Of a DNA stretch of 43,986 nt, positions 18,788 to 26,895 are shown piece after piece. A model generated the notes under the pieces. The model saw nothing but the letters and a program-made list of their open reading frames with translations. It was not told the origin of the DNA and made no database searches. The stretch lies in the IMG/VR virus record IMGVR_UViG_3300036833_000061, positions 1 through 43,986 of that record. One strand, given 5' to 3'. The position numbers were made by a program, and so were the translations under genes. Within the stretch, counting starts at the first letter, position 1, and every line of letters starts with the position of its first letter. This DNA comes from a virus. Lineage: Duplodnaviria; Caudoviricetes.

Positions 18788-19671
18788 TATCCCCTCTGCA
18801 TCCGGCGAAGGACATTCTGGTAGATATTCGGAACTCTTCTCGTCTGCTTCGTCACTTGAAGTTGGGGAACTCTCTTAATGTATGTTTTCTCGTAATAGTC
18901 AGCTTGGCCAAAGTTTTGGAGCTTCAGCAGCGCCAAATAGGCGGCGTAATACTGCACGGCATCGGCCGGAGGATCGATGATTTGCGAATCAAAGTCTGTG
19001 GTGTTGATCAGAGGATTTGGCAGCATCACGGCATCGATGCCGATATTATATGTCTGATCGGGGATGGCGTAGAAATAGCACTGAAGTTGCTCTGTGTAGT
19101 TCGACCAACAGGCCGGTGGACCACTCAATGCTGTGTTGGATCGGAATATGGCGTTGAAGTAAGTCCAAGGTCGCCACTGGAGCGTTCCGCGCTGGGTGCC
19201 GAAAAGAAAATCAACGCTTTGCCAATCGAAGACATTTGCCATAGGGGTGGCGGTAGCGGTGGCGGCACCGGACGAGAAGGTAATAGTCGGGATCGCGGTA
19301 GTGACGTAGCCGGAGCCCCAATTGGTCAGGTTTATGTCGATGACTGTCATGCTGGGAGCGGTCCCGCTCATGACGGCGACTCCCGTAGCCGTCACGCCGC
19401 CGGCTGGGGGGGGGCCGAAGGTAACGGTAGGTGTTATCGAGTAAAGGCCTCCAGCGGTAACGACCGCACCACAGCCGCCCATGAGAGGGTAAGTCTCTTG
19501 GCCTGGGATCAAATTAAATCCAGTGAAATACTGGCGCACGCAATGGAAATCGAGCGCAACACGCTTGCGCGCGTTGTTGACGTAGTTCGTCATCTCCTGG
19601 GTGGAGAAGTCAATGCTGGAAACGTCGTGGACCAGCTCTTGGACCTGAAGGATGTAATCTGAGAGGAGCAC
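18784..19671 (-). CDS. Head-tail adaptor protein with an inserted beta-repeat domain
   Basis: DYILQVQEL...YVNNARKRV N-terminus and YAIPDQTY...AVQYYAAYLA C-terminus typical of podophage adaptors. Confidence 0.7.
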   Translation of the reverse strand: MLLSDYILQVQELVHDVSSIDFSTQEMTNYVNNARKRVALDFHCVRQYFTGFNLIPGQETYPLMGGCGAVVTAGGLYSITPTVTFGPPPAGGVTATGVAVMSGTAPSMTVIDINLTNWGSGYVTTAIPTITFSSGAATATATPMANVFDWQSVDFLFGTQRGTLQWRPWTYFNAIFRSNTALSGPPACWSNYTEQLQCYFYAIPDQTYNIGIDAVMLPNPLINTTDFDSQIIDPPADAVQYYAAYLALLKLQNFGQADYYEKTYIKRVPQLQVTKQTRRVPNIYQNVLRRMQRGY

Positions 19672-19685
19672 TGGCCATATCGCGA

Positions 19686-20180
19686 CTACAGCGGCGGCCG
19701 CGCCTCTTGGTTACGGGCATTGGCTTCATCGACCGCAGCCAGCATCTTGTTGTGCTTTGCGATCCGCTCCTTGGTCACTGAGCCGCGTGCATAGGAGTCT
19801 AGCCCGTGCTCGTCCTTGCCAACTTCCAAGCCGGTTTCTGGGTCTATCTCGACTGGCACCATACGATAGATGATCGGGGTGATTTCCAGATTGTTGAAAA
19901 ACTTCTCGTCTTTGCCATTCTTTTGCATGTCTGGAGTGTTCCACCCCATACGCTTCTGGACATGGCGCTTTAGATCAGCCTGCGGGATGCCCGGATACCA
20001 GCCAAAAATATGGTTGGCGGCGTCGATCGGAAGTGGCTCCGCCTTTTCCCCATGTGCCTTAAACGTATACGGCACTCCGTCGAACATATCGGTGATCGGA
20101 AAGTCGTTCCGGTTCACCACCTTCACGTTCATGACTTGCGGCTGCGGGAGGTCCGGGCCGCCTTCGAGTTCCATCGGCAT
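19686..20180 (-). CDS. Hypothetical protein
   Basis: TAATG overlap; operon packing. Confidence 0.75.
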   Translation of the reverse strand: MPMELEGGPDLPQPQVMNVKVVNRNDFPITDMFDGVPYTFKAHGEKAEPLPIDAANHIFGWYPGIPQADLKRHVQKRMGWNTPDMQKNGKDEKFFNNLEITPIIYRMVPVEIDPETGLEVGKDEHGLDSYARGSVTKERIAKHNKMLAAVDEANARNQEARPPL

Positions 20181-20512
20181 TACTCGTGCTCCGGTGTGAT
20201 ATTGGTCAGAGGGCCTTCAAAGTTCCCAGGCGTTCCCGTCCATTCCAAGGGCGGCAGCGGCGGCTCTTCTGGCGTCACCTCCACCGGGGTGCTGGGAGGC
20301 TCGGTTAGTGGCTGACTTTCCGGCGGAGGTGACCCAACGAGTGTACCAGCAAAAGCAGAAGAGGCTTGGCCGAGAGCATCCAACGACGCAAGGAAAATCT
20401 CGGCGTCGATAACCTCAGTGGACTCGCGTGAAGCCGTGTTCCAAGCATCCCGGCGAGCTTTCGCTACGGCCCGCACGATGTTCATGTAATTGGGGTGGTC
20501 TTTGTAACTCAT
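20180..20512 (-). CDS. Hypothetical protein with acidic Pro-rich tail
   Basis: Operon packing. Confidence 0.65.
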   Translation of the reverse strand: MSYKDHPNYMNIVRAVAKARRDAWNTASRESTEVIDAEIFLASLDALGQASSAFAGTLVGSPPPESQPLTEPPSTPVEVTPEEPPLPPLEWTGTPGNFEGPLTNITPEHE

Positions 20513-20515
20513 CTT

Positions 20516-21754
20516 CTAGCTCGGCATGAACATCTGGAGTTGGAAGGTGTCGTTGACCGGACCCATGACTCCGGCACCGCCGCCGGTCGGGTTTACGCTG
20601 ACGCCCGCGCCAATAACGCCGATGCTTCCTGTTGCCATCAAGGTCTGGATGGCAAAGCCTGGGTCGTTGACGGTGACCACGCCGCCGGTTGATACCGACC
20701 CACGGATCGGTCGCCCCAGCAGCAGGTTGTTGTTATTGAAAAGCGCCAGTTGGCCGAGACCTGAAATCGCGCTGGACACCGCCGCTATGGTGCCGCCCGT
20801 AAAGGTAGACACCGACTGTGCGGCCCACGCCATGATGGCGGTCGCCGCCACGCCGCCCGCGAGGGTGCCGCCAGCGAACGAAACTGCCGGGACGGAAGTC
20901 GTGTAGAGCGAGCCGAAATCGGTGACCACGATGCCGGTCAGGGTGCCGGTGCCAGTGATGGCAGGGCCGGTAATCAAGGCACCGCTCGTGAGCGGGGACG
21001 CCAGTGTAAGGGCCTGCATCCACATTTGGGGAGGAAGAATGCCGCCCGTGCCGGCGGGGCCGGTTCCGCCCGCAATCTGACCGGGCGGGAAATTGGGCGC
21101 CACCGGAGTGGGTGACGTTGGCAGCGTATACGGCAAAGCCGGCTGCCCGGGGTAATCGAGGAATTGCGGCACTGCGTAGAAGTTCGGGACCGTCAGGTAG
21201 CCGGCGCCCGGGTTGACCATGGTAACGCTGGTCAGAACGCCGGCTGTGGTGATCGCCGCAACGGCTGTCGCCTGAATGCCGCCAACTGGCGGCGGGTCAA
21301 TGATGATCGTTGGGGGAACCGCGAAGCCAGAGCCGCCTTGGGTTACGGTCGCGGTGCCGCCGGCAGTTCCGACCGCACCGCCGATGATCACGTAGCCTTT
21401 TGCCGTCTGGCCGTTGCCGCCCGGGGCTGCGAACGCCACCGTAGTTCCGGTCTGCGTCGGCCCAATGCCGTTCACGCCGCCCGATCCTACGTTGGTGATT
21501 GATGCGGCTTGCACTACCCCCGACATATTGATGATTCGCTGGTTGTAGCCGTCCATGTCCAGTTGGAACGTGACCGCCGGAGGGCAGCAGTAATTGCGCC
21601 ACTGCGAGGCAATCGGGTCCCACCATTGGACAACGGTCTGGTCGCCGCCGGTCAGGAAGTAATTGCCAGCCGGAGGATAAATGTAAGAGCCGCCCGCGAG
21701 CGATACCGGAAAGGCACCTGCCGGGTTGAGGGGAAATGCGCCGCTCATTCTCAT
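20516..21754 (-). CDS. Virion structural/decoration protein with GSG(Y/F) beta repeats
   Basis: AGGAG SD; directly after the major capsid gene; G/T/P-rich. Confidence 0.7.
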   Translation of the reverse strand: MRMSGAFPLNPAGAFPVSLAGGSYIYPPAGNYFLTGGDQTVVQWWDPIASQWRNYCCPPAVTFQLDMDGYNQRIINMSGVVQAASITNVGSGGVNGIGPTQTGTTVAFAAPGGNGQTAKGYVIIGGAVGTAGGTATVTQGGSGFAVPPTIIIDPPPVGGIQATAVAAITTAGVLTSVTMVNPGAGYLTVPNFYAVPQFLDYPGQPALPYTLPTSPTPVAPNFPPGQIAGGTGPAGTGGILPPQMWMQALTLASPLTSGALITGPAITGTGTLTGIVVTDFGSLYTTSVPAVSFAGGTLAGGVAATAIMAWAAQSVSTFTGGTIAAVSSAISGLGQLALFNNNNLLLGRPIRGSVSTGGVVTVNDPGFAIQTLMATGSIGVIGAGVSVNPTGGGAGVMGPVNDTFQLQMFMPS

Positions 21755-21764
21755 CGCGGTTCTC

Positions 21765-22778
21765 CTAGATGTTCAAGAAGTTCAAATTATCGAACTTCCC
21801 GTGTGCCTTGCACTTTACGTCCACCATCTCCAGCAGGGTCAGGAGCGCGCCGATGTACCCGAACTGACCGTTCGAAAGGGTGCTCTCAAATCCAGTGAAG
21901 TAGAAACTCGCCCGCTCATGGACGTAAAGGGCCAGATAGTCGGTGTTAAGTAGATAGAGCGTCCCCTCTGGGGCGTATCCGTCTGCGTAGAAGGGGACGC
22001 CTCCGACATCGAGCGCGGTGAAGAGGGCTTCGACCTTAGAGCCCTCCTTAGCGAAACTGTTGCCCGGCGTGACATTGTACCGTTCCTGTGAGGTAAAATC
22101 CTGCGCCAGATTGGTCCAAGTGCCGAAACCCATCAGGCCCATTTTCGGCCTTTCGCCCGTGACTTTCGTGACCTGTGCGATATACTGGAGCATCAGGTTG
22201 CGGGTCGGGGTAACAGGAGCTCCATTATGGACGTAGGTGGACTTCCAGAAAGTGTTGTTTGGTCGGCTAATGCCACCGTATGTGGCGGAGAATGTACCGT
22301 CGTCTACTGCCGCCGGCAGACCAATCATGGACTGCGTGTTGGCGATGTTGGTGTACATATCGGTAGAGAAGCGATCGAGAGTGACGTTCGTCGCGTCGTT
22401 CATACGGGCCTCGATCAGTGGCACGACGCTGTAATCCAGTTGAACGAGACCCTCCAAGCCAAGGAACGGAATAGCAGTGAGATAACCCTTGAGATTAAAT
22501 TCCGCGTTCTGGAGACCAGGAGTAACGCCGGGCTGGTTGAAGGCGCCGTCGTACCCGATGTTCTGGATGGTCACCATCGGGTTGCCCTGAAGGGGGACGG
22601 TGATCGGTGACAAGCCGCCGGAGGCGACTTGAGCGTGCGATAGCATGGCCGCCATCCACGGAGTGGACTTCCAAAGTTGAATGAAAACTTTGGGGAGGAA
22701 CGCTCTGCGGGTGACGGCAGCCAACTCTGCGGCTATCGCGCCCTGTGCCGGGATGATGCCTTGGCCGAATTGCGGCAT
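21765..22778 (-). CDS. Major capsid protein
   Basis: 337 aa, strong GAGGAG SD; GLPAAVDDG...YGGISR...FWK and GTLYLLNTDYL motifs; follows the scaffold-like gene. Confidence 0.85.
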   Translation of the reverse strand: MPQFGQGIIPAQGAIAAELAAVTRRAFLPKVFIQLWKSTPWMAAMLSHAQVASGGLSPITVPLQGNPMVTIQNIGYDGAFNQPGVTPGLQNAEFNLKGYLTAIPFLGLEGLVQLDYSVVPLIEARMNDATNVTLDRFSTDMYTNIANTQSMIGLPAAVDDGTFSATYGGISRPNNTFWKSTYVHNGAPVTPTRNLMLQYIAQVTKVTGERPKMGLMGFGTWTNLAQDFTSQERYNVTPGNSFAKEGSKVEALFTALDVGGVPFYADGYAPEGTLYLLNTDYLALYVHERASFYFTGFESTLSNGQFGYIGALLTLLEMVDVKCKAHGKFDNLNFLNI

Positions 22779-22793
22779 ATTATGCTCTCCTCA

Positions 22794-23291
22794 TCATCTC
22801 CCGGATCGCAACTCGTCGATCACGGAGTAAGCCATGTCGTTGGCGGCCTTCTCGGGGTTCTCGTAGAGGCCGGGAAGATCGGGGAATTCCCAAAGGCGGC
22901 CGGCGCGGGGCCTGTCATCGGGGCGCTTGGGAGCGAAATCTGCCGAATAGAGCTTCGCTCCGGCGTCGTAGTCGGAGAGTCCGTACTTCGGCATCACCTT
23001 GGTTTCGATTTCCTTGATCTGGTCCTCGGTGTACTTGCCCGAATCGACCAGTTTCTTGCGCTGCGCCTCTAGCTTTTCGTTGGTTTTGGCGACTTGCGCG
23101 TCTAGTTTTTCCTTCTCGCGCTCCATCTTCGTCTGCCGCTTGAATTCTTCAAGCTGCACGTCGGCCGGCTGGCGGTAATTGGGGTCAATCTTCTTGACCT
23201 GATTCAGAAATTGCATGCGGGTGTTGGGATTGGCGGCGAGCTTGACGGCCAACTGGCCCAACTCCATCAGCGTTTGCGGTGCAATCGGCAT
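22794..23291 (-). CDS. Putative scaffolding protein
   Basis: Charged coiled coil directly upstream of the capsid gene; AGGAGG SD and TAATG overlap place the start at 23291. Confidence 0.65.
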   Translation of the reverse strand: MPIAPQTLMELGQLAVKLAANPNTRMQFLNQVKKIDPNYRQPADVQLEEFKRQTKMEREKEKLDAQVAKTNEKLEAQRKKLVDSGKYTEDQIKEIETKVMPKYGLSDYDAGAKLYSADFAPKRPDDRPRAGRLWEFPDLPGLYENPEKAANDMAYSVIDELRSGR

Positions 23292-23542
23292 TATTCGCTT
23301 CCTCCTACACTTCCGAATCCCTTGCGCACGTAGGGACGGCTCTTGCTGGGGACGATGCTCCCCATGGTCCTGGGTGGATCGACATCCACCCCCTTGGAGT
23401 CCTTGATGAGTTGAATGCCCGCGAGGCCCACCCATCCGGCAGGATTGGAAAATTCGTCCTGATGGTGGTCCAGATTACCGGGCTTGAACTCGTCGGCGTT
23501 CTTGCCGATCCCGGAGCCATGTCCTGGCTTGGTGGTAGGCAT
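23291..23542 (-). CDS. Small hypothetical head-module protein
   Basis: TGATG and TAATG overlaps with its neighbours. Confidence 0.7.
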   Translation of the reverse strand: MPTTKPGHGSGIGKNADEFKPGNLDHHQDEFSNPAGWVGLAGIQLIKDSKGVDVDPPRTMGSIVPSKSRPYVRKGFGSVGGSE

Positions 23543-23739
23543 CAGATCGGCTTCCCCTTGCGGACCAGATCGCCCTTTTCAAGCGCGAGCGGCCGATCGG
23601 GCGCCGGAACCTTGGAGGCGGAACTGAAGCCGCCGAACTCTGGATACGGCGCCGTATTCTGGAACATGCCGTTCTTGCGTTTGCGGGTTTCCAGGTCGCC
23701 CGTGGAAACCTTCGGCTTGAGATAATTGTACTCGGCCAT
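23542..23739 (-). CDS. Small basic hypothetical head-module protein
   Basis: GAGGAG SD; coupled to the next gene. Confidence 0.75.
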   Translation of the reverse strand: MAEYNYLKPKVSTGDLETRKRKNGMFQNTAPYPEFGGFSSASKVPAPDRPLALEKGDLVRKGKPI

Positions 23740-23751
23740 TGTGATTCTCCT

Positions 23752-24207
23752 CTAAGCCGCCATGGCGCCCATGCCGGGCATCTGCTCGCTGCCGGGAGGC
23801 GGCATACCCATCTTCGGTGGAGCTGGTGACAGACCGGGCGGCGGAGCACCTGCCGACAGCGCCCCGCCGCCTTTCGCCGCTTGCGCCATTTGTTGGATAG
23901 CGGCGGGAACCATGCTGGCCTGGTCTTCCTTGCCGAAATTGGCCGTCAGCGCGCGCAGCGCATTGAGCACCGCGCCGTATTTCTTTGAGCCAACTGGATA
24001 TGTTTGGAGGGCCTTGTGCATCACCGGCATGATGCCTTTGAGCGTAGCATCGGCGGCAGCTTCGTTGCCGGCGCCATCACCCGGAGAGAGCGACGGCGAG
24101 GAGCCGGGACCAGTTGGGCCTCCGGCGGGATTTCCGGGCAGCGAAGGTCTGGGCGGCATCGGGCCGCCGGCAGTCATTGGGGGTCGCGGGCCAAAAGGCG
24201 GAGGCAT
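23752..24207 (-). CDS. Pro/Gly/Met-rich hypothetical head-module protein
   Basis: Central amphipathic helices flanked by low-complexity arms. Confidence 0.7.
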   Translation of the reverse strand: MPPPFGPRPPMTAGGPMPPRPSLPGNPAGGPTGPGSSPSLSPGDGAGNEAAADATLKGIMPVMHKALQTYPVGSKKYGAVLNALRALTANFGKEDQASMVPAAIQQMAQAAKGGGALSAGAPPPGLSPAPPKMGMPPPGSEQMPGMGAMAA

Positions 24208-24241
24208 GTATTGCGCCTGTGCAAGCTAGGTGGCGCAATAC
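24208..24241 (-). promoter_or_regulatory. 10-bp hairpin abutting the start codon of 23752-24207
   Basis: GTATTGCGCC (24208-24217) / GGCGCAATAC (24232-24241). Confidence 0.5.
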
Positions 24242-24296
24242 GTAGTACCATCACGTCTACCGTGTCCAACGGCAGGTCAACAACTAAACATGGGAG

Positions 24297-24333
24297 AAAA
24301 TAAAATGGCCCCGGGCGTGCGGTCCCAGGGCCA
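24297..24333 (-). terminator. Rho-independent terminator
   Basis: TGGCCCTGGG-8 nt-CCCGGGGCCA followed by TTTTATTTT on the minus strand. Confidence 0.8.
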
Positions 24334-24368
24334 CTGACAGGGCGAGTAAGCGTTCGACTTACTCTGGT

Positions 24369-24404
24369 CTACCGACGGCGACTACGCCGATGTCTACGAG
24401 CCAT
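24369..24404 (-). CDS. 11-aa Arg-rich micropeptide MARRHRRSRRR
   Basis: AGGAGG SD 6 nt upstream of the ATG; followed by a hairpin and a terminator. Confidence 0.6.
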   Translation of the reverse strand: MARRHRRSRRR

Positions 24405-24462
24405 CTTCAGCCTCCTGTTTGGGTTACCCGTCGTTGCGGGCGGAGTGCTTTATGCGAGAAGC

Positions 24463-24490
24463 AGCCTACCACTCTGGTAGGAGGCGTCAA
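24463..24490 (-). promoter_or_regulatory. Candidate sigma70 promoter for the micropeptide unit
   Basis: TTGACG-16 nt-TAGGCT with a TG dinucleotide just upstream of the -10. Confidence 0.45.
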
Positions 24491-26517
24491 GTCACTACCC
24501 AAGTCCCTGCTGGGGCTAATTTTGCCACGTAGGTGTTGGCGGCCACGGCAGTTAGCTCGACATAGCTGCCGATTGTCGCGTTGGTGATGTTCCCGGCAGC
24601 CGCCGAGACCGATCCGGCGATCCGAATCGTTGTGCTTGCCGGTGCGATCACCTTCAGGGTTTGCGCTGCGCCGACATAAAAGCCAAATTTCATCCCCGCC
24701 ATAGCCGCTGTGCAGGATGGAAGAGTAAAATCAACCTCGCCAGAGGCTCCAATGTTGTCGAATTGCTTGCCGCTGTCGCCGACAAGAACCGCATACGGGC
24801 TCGTCATGGTGGCGCGAGTGTCCATGCTGTTCTGAAATTGCAGCGCAAACGTCGATGAATTCTGGTATATGTCCGGTTTGTTGAACCCGGCAATGAAATA
24901 GGCAAGGGAATTTTGGTTGACGATGGTGCCGCTTTGAGCATTTACCCTGCTCCCGACCCCCGCCGATGTGGCGCCTGAAAAAAGACCGACAGTTGGGATG
25001 ATTTCACTAACGGCGCCGGTCAACACAGACGATATACTGAGATTATCTAGGTCGTAAGTATACGGAAATCCAAAGTTTACCTCGCAATATTGGCTGTTTC
25101 TAAGCGTGCAAGTTCGATACGAGTTCACTGTGTCAACGTAGAGTGCTTTTATCGCGGTTCCCTGGCCGTTTTGCAGCACCGCATGGGTGGATTGCCTGCC
25201 CTCAATGTCCAACTGAGTGGCGCTACAGCCCTCGATAATGGAAGAGCCGTAGCCGACCATCTCAAGAACCGAGAAGCCTTTGGTCTTTATGTTTTGAGGC
25301 CATGTGCTGATAGTCGGAGTGCCGTTGCCATCTGGCGTGATAGGGGGGTTAAGATAACTTCCTGCCGCTAGACGAATGACGTGTGAAGGATCAGTTAGCG
25401 TCACCCAATACTGAGTGCCGGCCGTAAACAGAGTACCGACATTTGCCGACAGGACAACGCTAGAACCAGTTGGAAATTTGGTCTCGTCTGGTACGGCTAT
25501 ATTGATTACGCCACTAGAAAATGTAGCAGTCGCAGAGGCGGTTGACACCGTTGCATTTATAGTCGCCCCACGTTGGGTATTGGACAACGTCAGAGTATTC
25601 GAGCCTGATGAAACCACAAAATAAATCTGATTGGCGGTAAATCCCTTTGCAGTCGAGTCAAACGTCACTGGCATGTCCACCAAAAACTTGGTGCTGTCGG
25701 TAACACCGATATTTGGAGAGCCACTGGTTGTGGTGATAGTTTGAGATATTTCGTCGAGGGCGGCGATATGCTGTTGCAGGGTATTGTAACCGTGGACGAC
25801 TACTGAGTTCAATCTAGTCGGGTTAGTATTAGACCCATCATCCCTCGCAAACAGATACATCCCGCGCGTGGTAAGAAGCGTCTTCAAGAAGATGACGTTG
25901 CTTACGGTGCAGTTCCCGGTGAAATCAATGGCGGCCCCGGACGTGCCGATGGTTATGGTACCAGTTCCAGGGCGTATAATGTTTATGTCGTCGATAACCT
26001 CACATTGACTGTTTTCAATGTAAAAAGAAGTCCCAGAGCAGGTGTCGAAGTTTAGCCTCCTGAATGTTGAAAACTGGCACCCTGGATTGTAGAGCGCACC
26101 CACCTTGATGCCGTCCGTGAAGTTGTAAAACGTCAGACTCTCAAAGCCTCCTCCCTTGGCCATGCCGTTGATCCAGTTGGCATAGCTGGCTGGAGCGGTT
26201 ATCTGATCGGCGGCGTTGTAGGCCACCGCGCGGAATGTCCCGTCGCCCTGCAAAATAGTACCGCTATATGTATAGGTACCGCCGTCATTTAGGTATTGCG
26301 TCGGAGCCCAGCCGGTCCCTTGGTAGAAAATGCCGGAGGACCACGGCAGAGGCGATGTCAGCGTGATGGTCCGGGGAGGAAGAATGATCGTACCTCCTCC
26401 GGCCGCAACGGCCGCAATATAGGCTCCACGAATGCCGGCGTCAGAGGCCGGAGCGTAGAATACAGCACCTGACCCCAGACCAGGGGGAGATGGGAAGAAT
26501 GGCAGTGAGCGGGGCAT
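24487..26517 (-). CDS. Beta-helix (pectate-lyase-like) spike / depolymerase
   Basis: AAGGGTIILPP...IFYQGTG beta-helix cap, repeated beta strands, two inserted ~60-aa repeats and a fibre-type C-terminal domain. Confidence 0.75.
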   Translation of the reverse strand: MPRSLPFFPSPPGLGSGAVFYAPASDAGIRGAYIAAVAAGGGTIILPPRTITLTSPLPWSSGIFYQGTGWAPTQYLNDGGTYTYSGTILQGDGTFRAVAYNAADQITAPASYANWINGMAKGGGFESLTFYNFTDGIKVGALYNPGCQFSTFRRLNFDTCSGTSFYIENSQCEVIDDINIIRPGTGTITIGTSGAAIDFTGNCTVSNVIFLKTLLTTRGMYLFARDDGSNTNPTRLNSVVVHGYNTLQQHIAALDEISQTITTTSGSPNIGVTDSTKFLVDMPVTFDSTAKGFTANQIYFVVSSGSNTLTLSNTQRGATINATVSTASATATFSSGVINIAVPDETKFPTGSSVVLSANVGTLFTAGTQYWVTLTDPSHVIRLAAGSYLNPPITPDGNGTPTISTWPQNIKTKGFSVLEMVGYGSSIIEGCSATQLDIEGRQSTHAVLQNGQGTAIKALYVDTVNSYRTCTLRNSQYCEVNFGFPYTYDLDNLSISSVLTGAVSEIIPTVGLFSGATSAGVGSRVNAQSGTIVNQNSLAYFIAGFNKPDIYQNSSTFALQFQNSMDTRATMTSPYAVLVGDSGKQFDNIGASGEVDFTLPSCTAAMAGMKFGFYVGAAQTLKVIAPASTTIRIAGSVSAAAGNITNATIGSYVELTAVAANTYVAKLAPAGTWVVT

Positions 26518-26810
26518 CAGAACTCCCAGACGGTAATTGCCTGGGCCGCGAGTGATGCAATGGCGTTCAGGCCTTGCGTAAACGGAAAGTCGGCCCCAAG
26601 CGTGATACCAGTGCCGGCCGCAAGCGTCACGGTTCCGGGCCCATTGATGACGGGAGTAGAATCTGCCGGGGAAATAGCTATGGTTGCGGCCAGGTTGGGA
26701 TTGTAGACAAAGAGCCCGTCCCTTGATGGATTTGGCGGGATCACAAGCACCGCAGAGGTTCCCACTGTCGGGGCCGACACGGTCCTTGGGATAATGTTTG
26801 TCGTAGGCAT
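26517..26810 (-). CDS. Small beta-sandwich virion-like protein
   Basis: GGAGG SD before ATG 26810; PPNPSRDGLFVYNP and ITVWEF motifs. Confidence 0.75.
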   Translation of the reverse strand: MPTTNIIPRTVSAPTVGTSAVLVIPPNPSRDGLFVYNPNLAATIAISPADSTPVINGPGTVTLAAGTGITLGADFPFTQGLNAIASLAAQAITVWEF

Positions 26811-26811
26811 T

Positions 26812-26895
26812 TCATCGCCTCCACCGCGACAGAACGAGTCCACCGGCAATCAGCAGCATAAGAACCACAAGCGTCCCGCCGAATGCGTCGGTCAT
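26812..26895 (-). CDS. 27-aa single-TM peptide MTDAFGGTLVVLMLLIAGGLVLSRWRR
   Basis: TGATG overlap with the portal stop; fills the gap exactly; hydrophobic core with basic tail. Confidence 0.55.
   Translation of the reverse strand: MTDAFGGTLVVLMLLIAGGLVLSRWRR

Noticed and set aside
23292-23435. N-terminal extension of the scaffold ORF to 23435
   Set aside because: It overlaps the upstream gene; the SD and TAATG coupling support 23291
24276-24371. TAG read-through of the Arg-rich peptide or genome-wide stop recoding
   Set aside because: Read-through would run through the terminator, and core genes are intact in the standard code with several ending in TAG
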